A stretch of DNA of 26,163 bases from a virus (lineage: Duplodnaviria > Heunggongvirae > Uroviricota > Caudoviricetes), in IMG/VR virus record IMGVR_UViG_2541047960_000003, one strand, 5' to 3'. How positions within the stretch are numbered: the first letter of the stretch is position 1; each line of letters begins with the position of its first letter. A model generated the notes under the pieces. It did not search any database and was not told where the DNA came from. It saw only the letters and a list, made by a program, of their open reading frames with translations. Shown in pieces: positions 1 to 9,009 of the stretch. Made by a program: the position numbers and the translations under genes.

Positions 1-452
1 GCCTTCGGCGTGGCAGCCTCAGTTTCTGATTGACTGTCCGTGGCGCTGCTCAGTTGTACGGTGCCTTTTGCCGTCAGTGAAGCCGCAGGCACTCCCGTTA
101 TCTGACTCCACGGGTGAGTGTGGCTGGCAGGCGCCTTGCCGGCTGCCAGGTCGTATGCAGCCTTGACCGCTTTTGGTGTGGCGGCCAGCGTTTCAGAGGT
201 GCTGTTGGTGGCACTGCTCAGTTGGGTGAACCCCTTAGCTGTCAGTGTCGCGTCCGGGTGGTTACGGGAACGTACGTGTTCAGCCAGTGACTGTGCGGCT
301 TCCTCCGTTTTCTTCTTCAGCCATTTCGTCCTGTTTGCCAGTTGCCGGGGGGCTCGATTTGATATCCCGTCTGCACCACCCAGAACCGGATCTGATGTCT
401 CCAGTTGATAGATATTTTCTTCCCACTTTTCTGTTTCATTCAGGTTTCCCAT
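1..452 (-). CDS. tail fiber protein, N-terminal part (P2 gpH-like); partial, runs off the window start
   Basis: Manual minus-strand translation from ATG at 450-452 gives MGNLNETEKWEENIYQLETSDPVLGGADGISNRAPRQL... followed by two copies of a fiber motif (TAKGFTQLSSATNSTSETLAATPKAVKAAYDLAA ... TAKGTVQLSSATDSQSETEAATPKA). Frame appeared open to position 1 in my read. Sits directly downstream of the I-like gene in P2 order V-W-J-I-H. Confidence 0.6.
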   Translation of the reverse strand, partial: MGNLNETEKWEENIYQLETSDPVLGGADGISNRAPRQLANRTKWLKKKTEEAAQSLAEHVRSRNHPDATLTAKGFTQLSSATNSTSETLAATPKAVKAAYDLAAGKAPASHTHPWSQITGVPAASLTAKGTVQLSSATDSQSETEAATPK

Positions 453-454
453 AA

Positions 455-1033
455 TCAACTGCTCCCGTGGTTATAACTGCCATCATGGATGGCAGTATTG
501 TTATAGCGAATGGCCACAGACTGATACTCCAGGCTGGCCAGATGGCAGCGGGCCGGTGCAAATGCAGCCAGCGTCTGACGCAGCATCGCGGCCTGATCGT
601 TAGTAATGGGCTGTTTCAGAATAACGCGATAAACTGCCCAGGCGGCTGCATCTCCATGAACAAACAGTCCGTTATAGCTGCGATTGCCGTCGTAACTGAG
701 ACGACCTGTGCCTTCAATCAGATCCACTTCACCAAAGCCAAAACGGCGGATAACTTCCCGGATTGACCACGGCGTCCCTTTATACCGGTGCAGTTCGATG
801 GCTGCTTTTATAAGCATGCGGCGAACATCGTCCGATTCCGCCAGCTCCCAGCCATCGCCAGACAGTGAGAACTGCTCGCCCAGCCATGGCAGCGCGGAAC
901 TGTCGACGATATCGACGAGAAAGACCATCAGTACGCTCAGGTCGATGTTATCCAGCCGTCCTGCCAGTCTTCCCAGCGTCCTGAGACTGATATCACCCTC
1001 AAGCGGTGGCGGGAGTTGTAATGGCTCAGTCAT
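455..1033 (-). CDS. tail/baseplate protein, P2 gpI-like
   Basis: 192-aa ORF; start overlaps the J-like gene end; position between baseplate J and tail fiber matches P2 synteny. Confidence 0.55.
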   Translation of the reverse strand: MTEPLQLPPPLEGDISLRTLGRLAGRLDNIDLSVLMVFLVDIVDSSALPWLGEQFSLSGDGWELAESDDVRRMLIKAAIELHRYKGTPWSIREVIRRFGFGEVDLIEGTGRLSYDGNRSYNGLFVHGDAAAWAVYRVILKQPITNDQAAMLRQTLAAFAPARCHLASLEYQSVAIRYNNTAIHDGSYNHGSS

Positions 1034-2129
1034 CAGACACTCCAGTCATGTTAAGAGTGATTGCCGTACAGTTTGCCCATTCGTTTTCTGCCACCACCCG
1101 CAGTGCCGGTGTCACCAGTTCAACCTGGTACACCCCGGAAACGGACAATGCACTGATAATCTGGCTGGGGACAATATCGCGCCCCAGCGTGGCGGCACGT
1201 GATGCCACCCAGTTCTGTATGGCGCTGTTAGCGGCATCTTTTACAGACCTGGCATCCTGATCACGATAGATCGTAATCCTGGCTTCAATGGTGTAATCCA
1301 CCTTCACTGGTGTTTTAGCCCGCACTGTATCAGTGAGTGGCCTGACTTTCTCATCAGAGCAGAAACTCTCTACCAGCGTGAGAACACCGCCGTCCGGCAG
1401 ACCGGTACTGAGCAGCGGATACAGATCTACGGTCCCGGGAACCGGGGAAAGCACAGCAACATCGACAATGTTGGGATGGGCCTGCATGGCATGAAAGCGG
1501 TATGCGCCACGGCTTCCGGCATTGGTGAATGACTCCGGGGCCAGCCTGATACGCTCCCGGAGCCTGTCATCGTCTTCCTGTTCTGAACCGCCGGAACTGG
1601 CCGTCAGATTGCTCACCAGCAGGTCGACGTTATCAATCTCATCGAGTAACTGACTGACCTGCGCAGGTTGCCAGCCGTTACCAGCGGTACCGGGTTCGGT
1701 ACAGGTGGACGTGACATTGACCAGCAGCAATCCGGCCTTCAGTACCACATCTGTATCGGTGGCAAAAATAACGCTGTCGGAAGCGCTGACGCGGGTGCCT
1801 GCCGGGATCAGCACATCAATGGCCAGCGCCTCATCTACGGAGAACTGGAGCGTGGTGGTGGCAGGCTGCGCGGCAAGACGGTATACACCAACCAGTTCAC
1901 CGAGGTAATCAATCATCGGCTCACGGGCAAAGGCGACCAGATTCTGCTTTGCTGCCTCCTGTACCGCAACCCTGACCAGCATTTCGCGATAGGCCCACAG
2001 ATCAATCAGCAGACGTTCTGCCTGTGCCGGGTACAGCGTTTTGCCGGTATCCGCTTCATACTTCGCAATCATTTCTGCCGTGATTTTGTCGGCATCGCGT
2101 TCAATAAAATCGGGTTCTGTCAGCGCCAT
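1026..2129 (-). CDS. baseplate protein J-like
   Basis: 367-aa ORF following the W-like gene with overlapping boundaries; size and position typical of the baseplate J family. Confidence 0.7.
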   Translation of the reverse strand: MALTEPDFIERDADKITAEMIAKYEADTGKTLYPAQAERLLIDLWAYREMLVRVAVQEAAKQNLVAFAREPMIDYLGELVGVYRLAAQPATTTLQFSVDEALAIDVLIPAGTRVSASDSVIFATDTDVVLKAGLLLVNVTSTCTEPGTAGNGWQPAQVSQLLDEIDNVDLLVSNLTASSGGSEQEDDDRLRERIRLAPESFTNAGSRGAYRFHAMQAHPNIVDVAVLSPVPGTVDLYPLLSTGLPDGGVLTLVESFCSDEKVRPLTDTVRAKTPVKVDYTIEARITIYRDQDARSVKDAANSAIQNWVASRAATLGRDIVPSQIISALSVSGVYQVELVTPALRVVAENEWANCTAITLNMTGVSDD

Positions 2130-2467
2130 AGCAGCTCCTGAGTCCGGGTCTGTCCGTCTGAGCCTTTCCAGCTCACCCGGAGCGTAAGATGTTCGCCGTC
2201 GACGGCGGGTTTAACTGACATAAGCTGGCAGCGGGGCTCCCAGCGCCGGATGGCATCGACGGATTCGCGCACCACATGCGGAATGGCCCGGTCTACAGGC
2301 CAGTCGATATAAAGATGCAGATTGCTGCCGAACTCCGGGCGATGCGGGTCGCTGCCGCGGGGAGTCCGCAGGATAATTTGAATCGCCTGCCGGATATCAT
2401 CCAGCCCCCGGACAATTTCGCCGGGAGCCTGCAGGGCTGGTTGCCAGAATACTGAGGTTGTTTTCAT
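2120..2467 (-). CDS. baseplate protein W (GPW/gp25-like)
   Basis: 115-aa ORF between the V-like and J-like genes; size and position match P2 gpW. Confidence 0.65.
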   Translation of the reverse strand: MKTTSVFWQPALQAPGEIVRGLDDIRQAIQIILRTPRGSDPHRPEFGSNLHLYIDWPVDRAIPHVVRESVDAIRRWEPRCQLMSVKPAVDGEHLTLRVSWKGSDGQTRTQELLWR

Positions 2468-2502
2468 GGGGGCAGTATTGCCCCCGTGCGGGAACGCTGA
2501 TA

Positions 2503-2949
2503 TTAAAGGCGTTTAAAAAGCTCAGTGGGAGTGGTGGCTGGAGTTTTCGCCATCAGACAACATTTCAATACCACATCAGCACCACACTCAATGACAATAT
2601 GCTCAATGCCGCCCCGGATGATCAGAGTGTGCGTCTTCCGGTTGTAGCTGTACTCTGCACCATCAGCAAACCGGGTTCCCCGGATATTTTTGTCACTGAA
2701 CGGTGGTTTATCGACGTCTGAATACACCGCGCCCAGAATAACACCATCCTCGCCGTTGGCATCGAGCAGCACCTCAACCTGCTCCCCCACGTCAGGGAGC
2801 CAGTAATCTTTGTTATCCTGGGTATTGCGCTGCAGCACGTTAAGCCAGTTTGTGCGCAGGTTATCGCATTCAGGCAGACGAACGCGGGCCTGAACCCTGT
2901 CGGCATCAACGGCACTGACCGTACCGACCTGACGAGTGACACCAGTCAT
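2503..2949 (-). CDS. baseplate spike/assembly protein V-like
   Basis: 148-aa ORF immediately after the D-like gene (ATGA-type overlap at 2946-2949); P2 order D-V-W. Confidence 0.55.
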   Translation of the reverse strand: MTGVTRQVGTVSAVDADRVQARVRLPECDNLRTNWLNVLQRNTQDNKDYWLPDVGEQVEVLLDANGEDGVILGAVYSDVDKPPFSDKNIRGTRFADGAEYSYNRKTHTLIIRGGIEHIVIECGADVVLKCCLMAKTPATTPTELFKRL

Positions 2950-4100
2950 TTTTTCTTCTCCTTAATCACCGTCGATGTACTGCCATCCGGGTGATAAACC
3001 GTGAGTTTCTGAGTTTTTTGTTTTTTCCCTCTTGTGACTGGCCCCCGTGCCACTTCCAGCTCTGTGGTGTAGCCGCTGTTACGGTCAAACGCATGGCGGG
3101 CAGTGGTTATGAGCCATGGCCCGGATAACTGCCCAAAACCCACCAGTTCAATTTTGTTGCCTGCTGTCAGTTGAGGTGTTCCCGTCAGCGTCAGGGAGCC
3201 GTTCTGCTGGTATTCGTTATGTCTGGCCAGTGCTGAATCCGCTTTAATCCGGGCACTGTCCGGGTCGTTGACGCGGCTGTTAACTTTAAGTGAGTCAGCG
3301 CTGGTAACCTTACCACCTTTGAGCTTTTTGTCGCTTTCACGGGTACCACCATCAGCTTCGTAGACGATCAGTTTTTTACTGCTGCTTTTCTGGTGTTTTA
3401 CCTTTGCAGATTTATAGACCCGGTTGATGGTGTCACGCAGGGAAAAGCGGGCCACATCCTGCAGTTTTAACTGCCTGACCGGCTCCTGACTGCGCAGTGT
3501 GGCCAGATGAGAAAAAATCAGCTGGTCACTGACCACTTTCACTGCATAACCATACTCGCTGGCCAGCCGGCGCAGAAAACCCACGTCGGTTTCAGCATAC
3601 TGGGTCACCCGGTCGATTCTGATGGACTCAATGCTGCCCACCAGTTTCAGCCGGTGCTTTCTGGCAATCCGCCCCGCAACAGCTGCCAGCGTGGTGTTCT
3701 CAAAACCACGACTGGTTTTAGTCCGCAGGGCACTGTTAACCGAGGTGGCCACCCCACGGATAGAAACAACGGAAGCGGGCGAACTCACTTCGATCTCGTC
3801 TATAGAGAACGTACCGCAGGACAGCAGCTTCTCGCCCTGATAGCCCATTTTCAGCGTCAGCGTGTCACCCTTGCCCGGATACCATTTATCCAGCCAGCGG
3901 CCATCGGTGTCGTCCAGCTCCACCTCAATGGTATCGGACTCATTTTTGATGTTATCGCTCCAGGTCACACGGGTGACATAAGGCGCGATATCAGAGGTGA
4001 TGTTTTTCTGCAGATACCACAGAGTGAACACCGGTGTCAGCACATCGCTGACGCCGGTTAACGCTGATGTGACTTGCGCAGTGCTGTTTATCTCAGCCAT
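2946..4100 (-). CDS. tail protein D-like (P2 late control D family)
   Basis: 384-aa ORF with Lys-rich C-terminus, downstream of X- and U-like genes; P2 order T-U-X-D. Confidence 0.7.
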   Translation of the reverse strand: MAEINSTAQVTSALTGVSDVLTPVFTLWYLQKNITSDIAPYVTRVTWSDNIKNESDTIEVELDDTDGRWLDKWYPGKGDTLTLKMGYQGEKLLSCGTFSIDEIEVSSPASVVSIRGVATSVNSALRTKTSRGFENTTLAAVAGRIARKHRLKLVGSIESIRIDRVTQYAETDVGFLRRLASEYGYAVKVVSDQLIFSHLATLRSQEPVRQLKLQDVARFSLRDTINRVYKSAKVKHQKSSSKKLIVYEADGGTRESDKKLKGGKVTSADSLKVNSRVNDPDSARIKADSALARHNEYQQNGSLTLTGTPQLTAGNKIELVGFGQLSGPWLITTARHAFDRNSGYTTELEVARGPVTRGKKQKTQKLTVYHPDGSTSTVIKEKKK

Positions 4101-4303
4101 GGGGCAATATCCTCTTCTGTACGGGCTTCTTCAGCCTCAATCACCGGGATCAGTAACAACAGCCCGGAGGGCAGCACCGGCGTGATGGTCACGTGCGGAT
4201 TGGCGGCAATAATCCGGGGATAGCCCAGCGGGTCACCGTAGTACTGCCATGCCAGCGAATCCCAGCGCTCTCCGTCACGGGTAACATGTTCAAGAAACAT
4301 CAC
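4088..4303 (-). CDS. tail protein X-like (small LysM-like tail protein)
   Basis: 71-aa ORF with W..YYG...ANP motif typical of P2 gpX-like proteins; overlaps both neighbours. Confidence 0.55.
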   Translation of the reverse strand: MMFLEHVTRDGERWDSLAWQYYGDPLGYPRIIAANPHVTITPVLPSGLLLLIPVIEAEEARTEEDIAPWLR

Positions 4304-5184
4304 ACACTCCTCGTCAGTATTCTGGCGGCCATTGCACTTAATCCCGGAGACATGCGGTTGAATGCTGTGCCGGCGGCGTTAAGCTGCCCGGAAACGGTAT
4401 CCAGAGCACCTGCAATATTTCTTTTGTCCACACCACTCAGCGCAGACTGTGCCTGCTGTACATACGTGGCTGCTTCGCTGGCTGTTCTGGCCAGACTGAT
4501 GGCATCGGGCATGGATTCAGAGAGTGCGTTAAACGCCGGAACACTTTTCCCCAGAGCCCCGGAGATATTACCCAGTCCGCTCATCAGCCCCGGCACACGG
4601 GTCAGTGCGACAACGGGGTTATCCTTCATTTTCTGTGTCACCCGAACGGCGCTGATAGTGGTCTGGAGTACAGACTGCGCCTGTTTCGCATAGTTGACGC
4701 CGTTGCGGATGAACTGCGCCACCCCTGAAGGTGAAGGAATGGCACCGGAGACCGCCCCGACACCCGGGAGCTTCGTGCGTATTGCCGGTGGTTGCAGAGG
4801 ATTTTTCGGGTCACCGGTGTATTCCCGGAGAGACACGGTGGCACTGACAGCCAGCACGTTGCCGGTACTGTCAGTCTGCTCGCTGGTTGCAGTCACATCG
4901 GTAATCACGAACCAGCCGCGATAGTCACCGTTGCCGAAGACCAGCGCCAGTGCCTGATGGGCTTTCATGGCTGTTCGCAGTCTCGCCAGCTCCACATCGG
5001 GTACACAATAATGCTGATGGAAAACCAGAGTTATCTGGATTTCGTCCAGCCTGTCGCCGACGAACTGCAGGCCAGGCTTACCCCCGATGCGGGCATGCTC
5101 CGCATAATCGACGCCGAACGTGGCCTCGAAGCCGTCCCAGTAGGTAATCAGCTCAAACTCAATATCACCCAGTACGGCAAACAT
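4300..5184 (-). CDS. tail protein U-like, with long Ser/Ala-rich C-terminal extension
   Basis: 294-aa ORF directly after the tape measure gene (1-nt overlap at 5184); assigned by synteny and N-terminal domain feel. Confidence 0.5.
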   Translation of the reverse strand: MFAVLGDIEFELITYWDGFEATFGVDYAEHARIGGKPGLQFVGDRLDEIQITLVFHQHYCVPDVELARLRTAMKAHQALALVFGNGDYRGWFVITDVTATSEQTDSTGNVLAVSATVSLREYTGDPKNPLQPPAIRTKLPGVGAVSGAIPSPSGVAQFIRNGVNYAKQAQSVLQTTISAVRVTQKMKDNPVVALTRVPGLMSGLGNISGALGKSVPAFNALSESMPDAISLARTASEAATYVQQAQSALSGVDKRNIAGALDTVSGQLNAAGTAFNRMSPGLSAMAARILTRSV

Positions 5185-8135
5185 CAGCGGTACTCCTTAC
5201 GTTGTTTCTGAGCCAGCAGACGCTCCAGCATTTTTTCCAGCTCATGCAGACTCATATTCAGGGCACCAGTCAGTCCTGCAGGCGCTGTGGTTTCCCTGCC
5301 ATTGAGGAAAAACTGAGGATTAAAGCTGACCTGGATACCACCAGACGTTCCACCGCCGGTTGCAGCTGCACCACGGCCTGAATATCCGGCAGCCAGGATT
5401 TCAGGCGAGGGGATACGGGGAACATCCGGTGTCATCTCATTTGCCAGACGTTGCCCTGGTAAAATCGATGCCCGGGTGGAGAGCGGAATAGCGGGCATGG
5501 AAGACAAACTATTGATTACGGCTCCGATCGCATTTTTAGCAGACGACATAAACCCATTGATATCGGGCAACGGCATACTGAAGCGAACACCTGAAGTGTT
5601 ATCTCGTATTTCTGGCCCCTGAATGCTCACGGGCATTCTGGGGAGCAGTTCACTGGCCATTCGCTGCCCGGCCAGAGCTGCAAGCGGAGTGGTCCGCTGC
5701 AGGCCAATGGCGGCCCCCTGCGCGATATTGTCACCAAAGCCCATAAACACGCGGCTCGGCGAATGAATGCCCAGCTTTTCGCTGAACCAGCCACTGATGC
5801 TGTCACCCATTCCGGTTACACTGGATTTGAGCGACTCCCATTTGTTTTTGATACCGTTAATCAGACCATCGACAAGATGGCCACCGAAGTCGGTAAACTT
5901 TGCCGGCAGATCAACACCAAGATATTTCAGCGCAACTGCAAAGGCTTTATAGAGCAGACCTGCCGGCGACCAGTTAATCAGCAGCTTACCAGTTCCCGCG
6001 ATACCGCCGTTAAAGGCTTCCTGAATGTCAGCCCAGCACTGTTTAAACCAGCTACTGATGCTGTCACCCATTCCGGTTACACTGGATTTGAGCGACCCCC
6101 ATTTGTTTTTGATACCGTTAATCAGACCGTCGATAAGATGGCCACCGAAGTCGGTGAACTTTGCCGGCAGAGCAACGCCGAAATATTTCAGCGCAGCCGC
6201 AAAGGCTTTATAGAGCAGGCCTGCCGGCGACCAGTTAATCAGCAACTTACCAATTCCCACAATGCCGCCGTTAAAGGCTTCCTGAATGTCTGCCCAGCGC
6301 TGTTTAAACCAGCCACTGACTGCCCCCCAGTTGCGGTAGATAAGGTAAGCTGCTGCCGCGACAGCGGTGATAACGAGACCGATGGGATTCATCATCAGCG
6401 CACGTCCAATCCAGAGAACAGCACGTCCGGCGAGCATAATTCCGCGAACCAGCCCCCCGGAGAGCACGCCACTCAGTGTTCTGGCTCCTCTGGCGACGGC
6501 GCTAAATCCGGTCACCAGCCAGCGGAGCTTACCGCCTTGCCCCAGTGCGAGCGACAGACGAAGCCAGTTGGCCCGAAGTAAAACAGCATTTTTCCAGACA
6601 CTTACAAAGGGGGAAATAAGGAGATTCAGCCCCAGTTTGAGACCAACAGTCGCTATCTTAATCGCAAGGAGCGCACTGATGAGCTTAAAAGCCCCACTGA
6701 CAAATTGCGGGTGAGTCGCTACCCAGTGTTTTGCCCCCTGAATGAGTGGAAGCAGTTCCTGAGTCAAAGAAATAAAAGATGGAGCTAATTGATCGCCCAG
6801 CGTAATTGCCAGATCGCGACTGCTGACCATAAGTGTTTTAGTGGCTTCAAGGGGAGATTTCAGCCGCTGATCATAAGCACTGGCAAGCAAATCGTTATCC
6901 GCAGCCCTGAGAGCACCGGCACGGATCTCTCGATATCTGTCCATGTTGGCCAGCATCGGGCGGATAAATGCCATGACCTGCATATCCGCGAACATATCGC
7001 CCAGACCAAAGTTTTTCGCCAGAGCCTGAAGTGCCTCATCTCTTGCCGTATCATTCTTTATTTTCATGGCTGATTTGAAGCCGGCCAGCGCTTCGGGGCT
7101 TTTGGTATTGAGGTAACGTTCTATAACACTCAACATCCCTTCAATCGGAGAGATCCCCGCAGCTTTATAACTCGCAATAGATCCCTGCAAATCAATACCC
7201 AGATCAGCAAACTGTTTCTGAGTATCGCGGGCAAAAATTTTGGTAAGAAAGTTTTTAAAATTATTGGCTGCTTCGTCGGTGGAACCTGCACCGATTTTTG
7301 CTATCTGGAGACTGGCCCCGATTTCAGCAACAGCCTCTTTTCCACTGGCAATACCCGCCATCATTGGGGCCAGGGACTGCATCCACTTGACCTGATCCGG
7401 GATTTCAAATGACCCCTGGTCACCGGCATAAGCCATAATATTCTGAACGGCACCAAAATCTCTGGCCGCACCTTTCAGGGAGTTTTGCCAGACTGCGGCC
7501 ACTTTTGCCCAGTCCTGAGCAGACGTGCGTGTTGCCGTTGCCGCGCGGGCAATATCCGGCATCAGAAAACCGATATCTGACACATTATCAATATTGTCGC
7601 TGATGAGTGAACCCACCGCCTCCTGCAGCTCATCCTGATACTGATTGTATTTAAGCGCCCAGCCTTTTATCTGTCCGGCAAGTGCATCCCGCGTTTTATT
7701 GTCATATTTTGCGGTGATCGACATATCAATCATTTTGTCCTGAAAAAACATGGACTGCTGAACGGCAGGGGAAACCGTATGATAAACAGTCTGAGCCATG
7801 CCATACGCTTCAATCCCCTGACCATACAGCGCCATGCGGTTAGCTTTCAGCGCATCACTGGTAGCGGATGCCGCTGACAGACGGCGCTGCTGGCGCTCAA
7901 TTTGCTCCATGGTGCGGCTTACCCGCAGCAGCTCGCTGTTGAGATGCTGCATCCGGGAAGAACCCAGTTGACCATAACGTTCTGTTGCACGGGTTAAAGC
8001 GTTCTGACGTTCCTGCAGGCGGCGTGAGGTATCGCTCAGGGAATCAAGCGCACGGCGGGTACCGCTCATTGCAGAACGGAATGTGCTGCCAATCATCCCG
8101 CCGATAACAACGCCGACTGAAAACTGTCCCGACAT
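5184..8135 (-). CDS. tail tape measure protein
   Basis: 983-aa ORF downstream of the tail chaperone pair; coiled-coil N-terminus, Gly/Ala-rich hydrophobic central region, internal tandem repeat; canonical position. Confidence 0.85.
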   Translation of the reverse strand: MSGQFSVGVVIGGMIGSTFRSAMSGTRRALDSLSDTSRRLQERQNALTRATERYGQLGSSRMQHLNSELLRVSRTMEQIERQQRRLSAASATSDALKANRMALYGQGIEAYGMAQTVYHTVSPAVQQSMFFQDKMIDMSITAKYDNKTRDALAGQIKGWALKYNQYQDELQEAVGSLISDNIDNVSDIGFLMPDIARAATATRTSAQDWAKVAAVWQNSLKGAARDFGAVQNIMAYAGDQGSFEIPDQVKWMQSLAPMMAGIASGKEAVAEIGASLQIAKIGAGSTDEAANNFKNFLTKIFARDTQKQFADLGIDLQGSIASYKAAGISPIEGMLSVIERYLNTKSPEALAGFKSAMKIKNDTARDEALQALAKNFGLGDMFADMQVMAFIRPMLANMDRYREIRAGALRAADNDLLASAYDQRLKSPLEATKTLMVSSRDLAITLGDQLAPSFISLTQELLPLIQGAKHWVATHPQFVSGAFKLISALLAIKIATVGLKLGLNLLISPFVSVWKNAVLLRANWLRLSLALGQGGKLRWLVTGFSAVARGARTLSGVLSGGLVRGIMLAGRAVLWIGRALMMNPIGLVITAVAAAAYLIYRNWGAVSGWFKQRWADIQEAFNGGIVGIGKLLINWSPAGLLYKAFAAALKYFGVALPAKFTDFGGHLIDGLINGIKNKWGSLKSSVTGMGDSISSWFKQCWADIQEAFNGGIAGTGKLLINWSPAGLLYKAFAVALKYLGVDLPAKFTDFGGHLVDGLINGIKNKWESLKSSVTGMGDSISGWFSEKLGIHSPSRVFMGFGDNIAQGAAIGLQRTTPLAALAGQRMASELLPRMPVSIQGPEIRDNTSGVRFSMPLPDINGFMSSAKNAIGAVINSLSSMPAIPLSTRASILPGQRLANEMTPDVPRIPSPEILAAGYSGRGAAATGGGTSGGIQVSFNPQFFLNGRETTAPAGLTGALNMSLHELEKMLERLLAQKQRKEYR
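5779..6322. repeat. in-frame tandem duplication (2 x 261 bp plus ~22 bp of a third unit) inside the tape measure gene
   Basis: Unit starts at ~5779 and ~6040 (aaccagcYactgatgctgtcacccattccggttacactggatttgagcga...), begins again at ~6301 then diverges. Encodes two ~87-aa protein repeats (SWFKQRWADIQEAFNGG... / SWFKQCWADIQEAFNGG...). Also explains the near-identical antisense ORFs 5767..5952 and 6025..6213. Confidence 0.85.
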
Positions 8136-8210
8136 AGTGGTTAACCTCCGGGGAAGGTGAAAAGACGTGAGGGGATAACGCAGAACAGCCGCTACTGGCG
8201 GCTGTCTGTA

Positions 8211-8628
8211 CTATGATTTGTCGCCGTACTCGCTTTTGATTTGCTCTTCAGCCTGCTCCAGCCACATCTCCAGATCGTCAGTATCGAGGGCATCAATCTC
8301 CCCCGGCTGAAACCGGAACCATCTCGCCAGCAGCCCCTGCGCCTGCGTCAGCGCCCTGGTTGCTCTCACCCATCCCCGTGATGAGCTGAAATCGTTTCTG
8401 TAACTGCAGGTAATCAGCCAGATCCATATTGTCGAGATCTTCCGGGAGAAGACCAGTACTGCGGGCAATCAGCGGTTCGTCCCAGTCTGCCGGGTTTTTG
8501 TTGATTTTGCGCACCTGCTTCAGGTCTTTTACCGTCAGGCGTTTCAGTTCAACCAGCTCAATTCTGGTACCTGCAGCAGTGGTGAAGGGATAAGACAATT
8601 TAAAAGTATCGGATGGGGTCTGTGACAT
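8211..8628 (-). CDS. candidate frameshift-extended chaperone (E+E'-like fusion); shift site proposed at G-run 8299-8307
   Basis: Second-frame ORF 8211..8468 gives a protein-like acidic tail (...PGEIDALDTDDLEMWLEQAEEQIKSEYGDKS) ending just before the tape measure start. mRNA ...GCC GGG GGA GAU UGA has a 5-G run beside the 0-frame stop. Exact site and direction are inferred. Confidence 0.4.
8293..8628 (-). CDS. tail assembly chaperone (P2 gpE-like)
   Basis: 111-aa ORF between tail tube and tape measure; SD ACAGGAGCACAATC before ATG at 8626-8628; overlaps a second-frame ORF as expected for the frameshifted chaperone pair. Confidence 0.6.
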   Translation of the reverse strand: MSQTPSDTFKLSYPFTTAAGTRIELVELKRLTVKDLKQVRKINKNPADWDEPLIARSTGLLPEDLDNMDLADYLQLQKRFQLITGMGESNQGADAGAGAAGEMVPVSAGGD

Positions 8629-8704
8629 GATTGTGCTCCTGTGTAAGTTCAGGGCAGTATGTCGGGAGAAGCGCGTGACGGATATTAAAGGAGATTAAGA
8701 AGAA

Positions 8705-8718
8705 GGGGCCGGAGCCCC
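8705..8718 (-). terminator. candidate attenuator/intrinsic terminator hairpin between tail tube and chaperone genes
   Basis: GGGGC-CGGA-GCCCC inverted repeat at 8705-8718; on the minus-strand transcript it is followed by UUCUUCUUAAUCUCCUUU. Confidence 0.3.
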
Positions 8719-9009
8719 TGTGATGTCAGCAAGTGCGAAACCCCTTGCAGTTACGCAGGAAAGCGATGAGAAGCGTCTTTCCCTCAGATTTGTCGGTGCC
8801 GGAGAACCAGTGGTCGGGAGGCTCCTATGCTTCAATCAAATCCGCCAGTTTGCGGGCCTTTGAACGTGTGCAGTCAATCGGGTCATTGGTTTTACGGGTA
8901 TTAAAAAGGGTTTCCACCCCCGGAATATCAAGGAGGGTAAACCACGTACCATTTGACATGCCCAGTGCCGCACATCGTCCTCCTTTATCCGTCAGTTCAA
9001 CACTCACCG

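Noticed and set aside
1668-2141. 157-aa plus-strand ORF and other plus-strand ORFs across 100-21600
   Set aside because: All overlap well-supported minus-strand structural genes packed with overlapping start/stop codons; no RBS and non-protein-like composition.
5779-6322. CRISPR-like or mobile-element interpretation of the tandem repeat
   Set aside because: Only about two long (261-bp) units, no spacers, in frame inside a coding sequence: a protein-level duplication, not a CRISPR array or IS.
5763-6581. 272-aa plus-strand ORF, with the near-identical small ORFs 5767..5952 and 6025..6213
   Set aside because: They lie antisense to the tape measure gene. The twin small ORFs are just the 261-bp tandem repeat read on the opposite strand, with no independent start signals.
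8825-9007. 60-aa minus-strand ORF after the tail tube gene
   Set aside because: GTG start without convincing SD and unremarkable sequence; cannot be supported from sequence alone, though a small gene here is not excluded.
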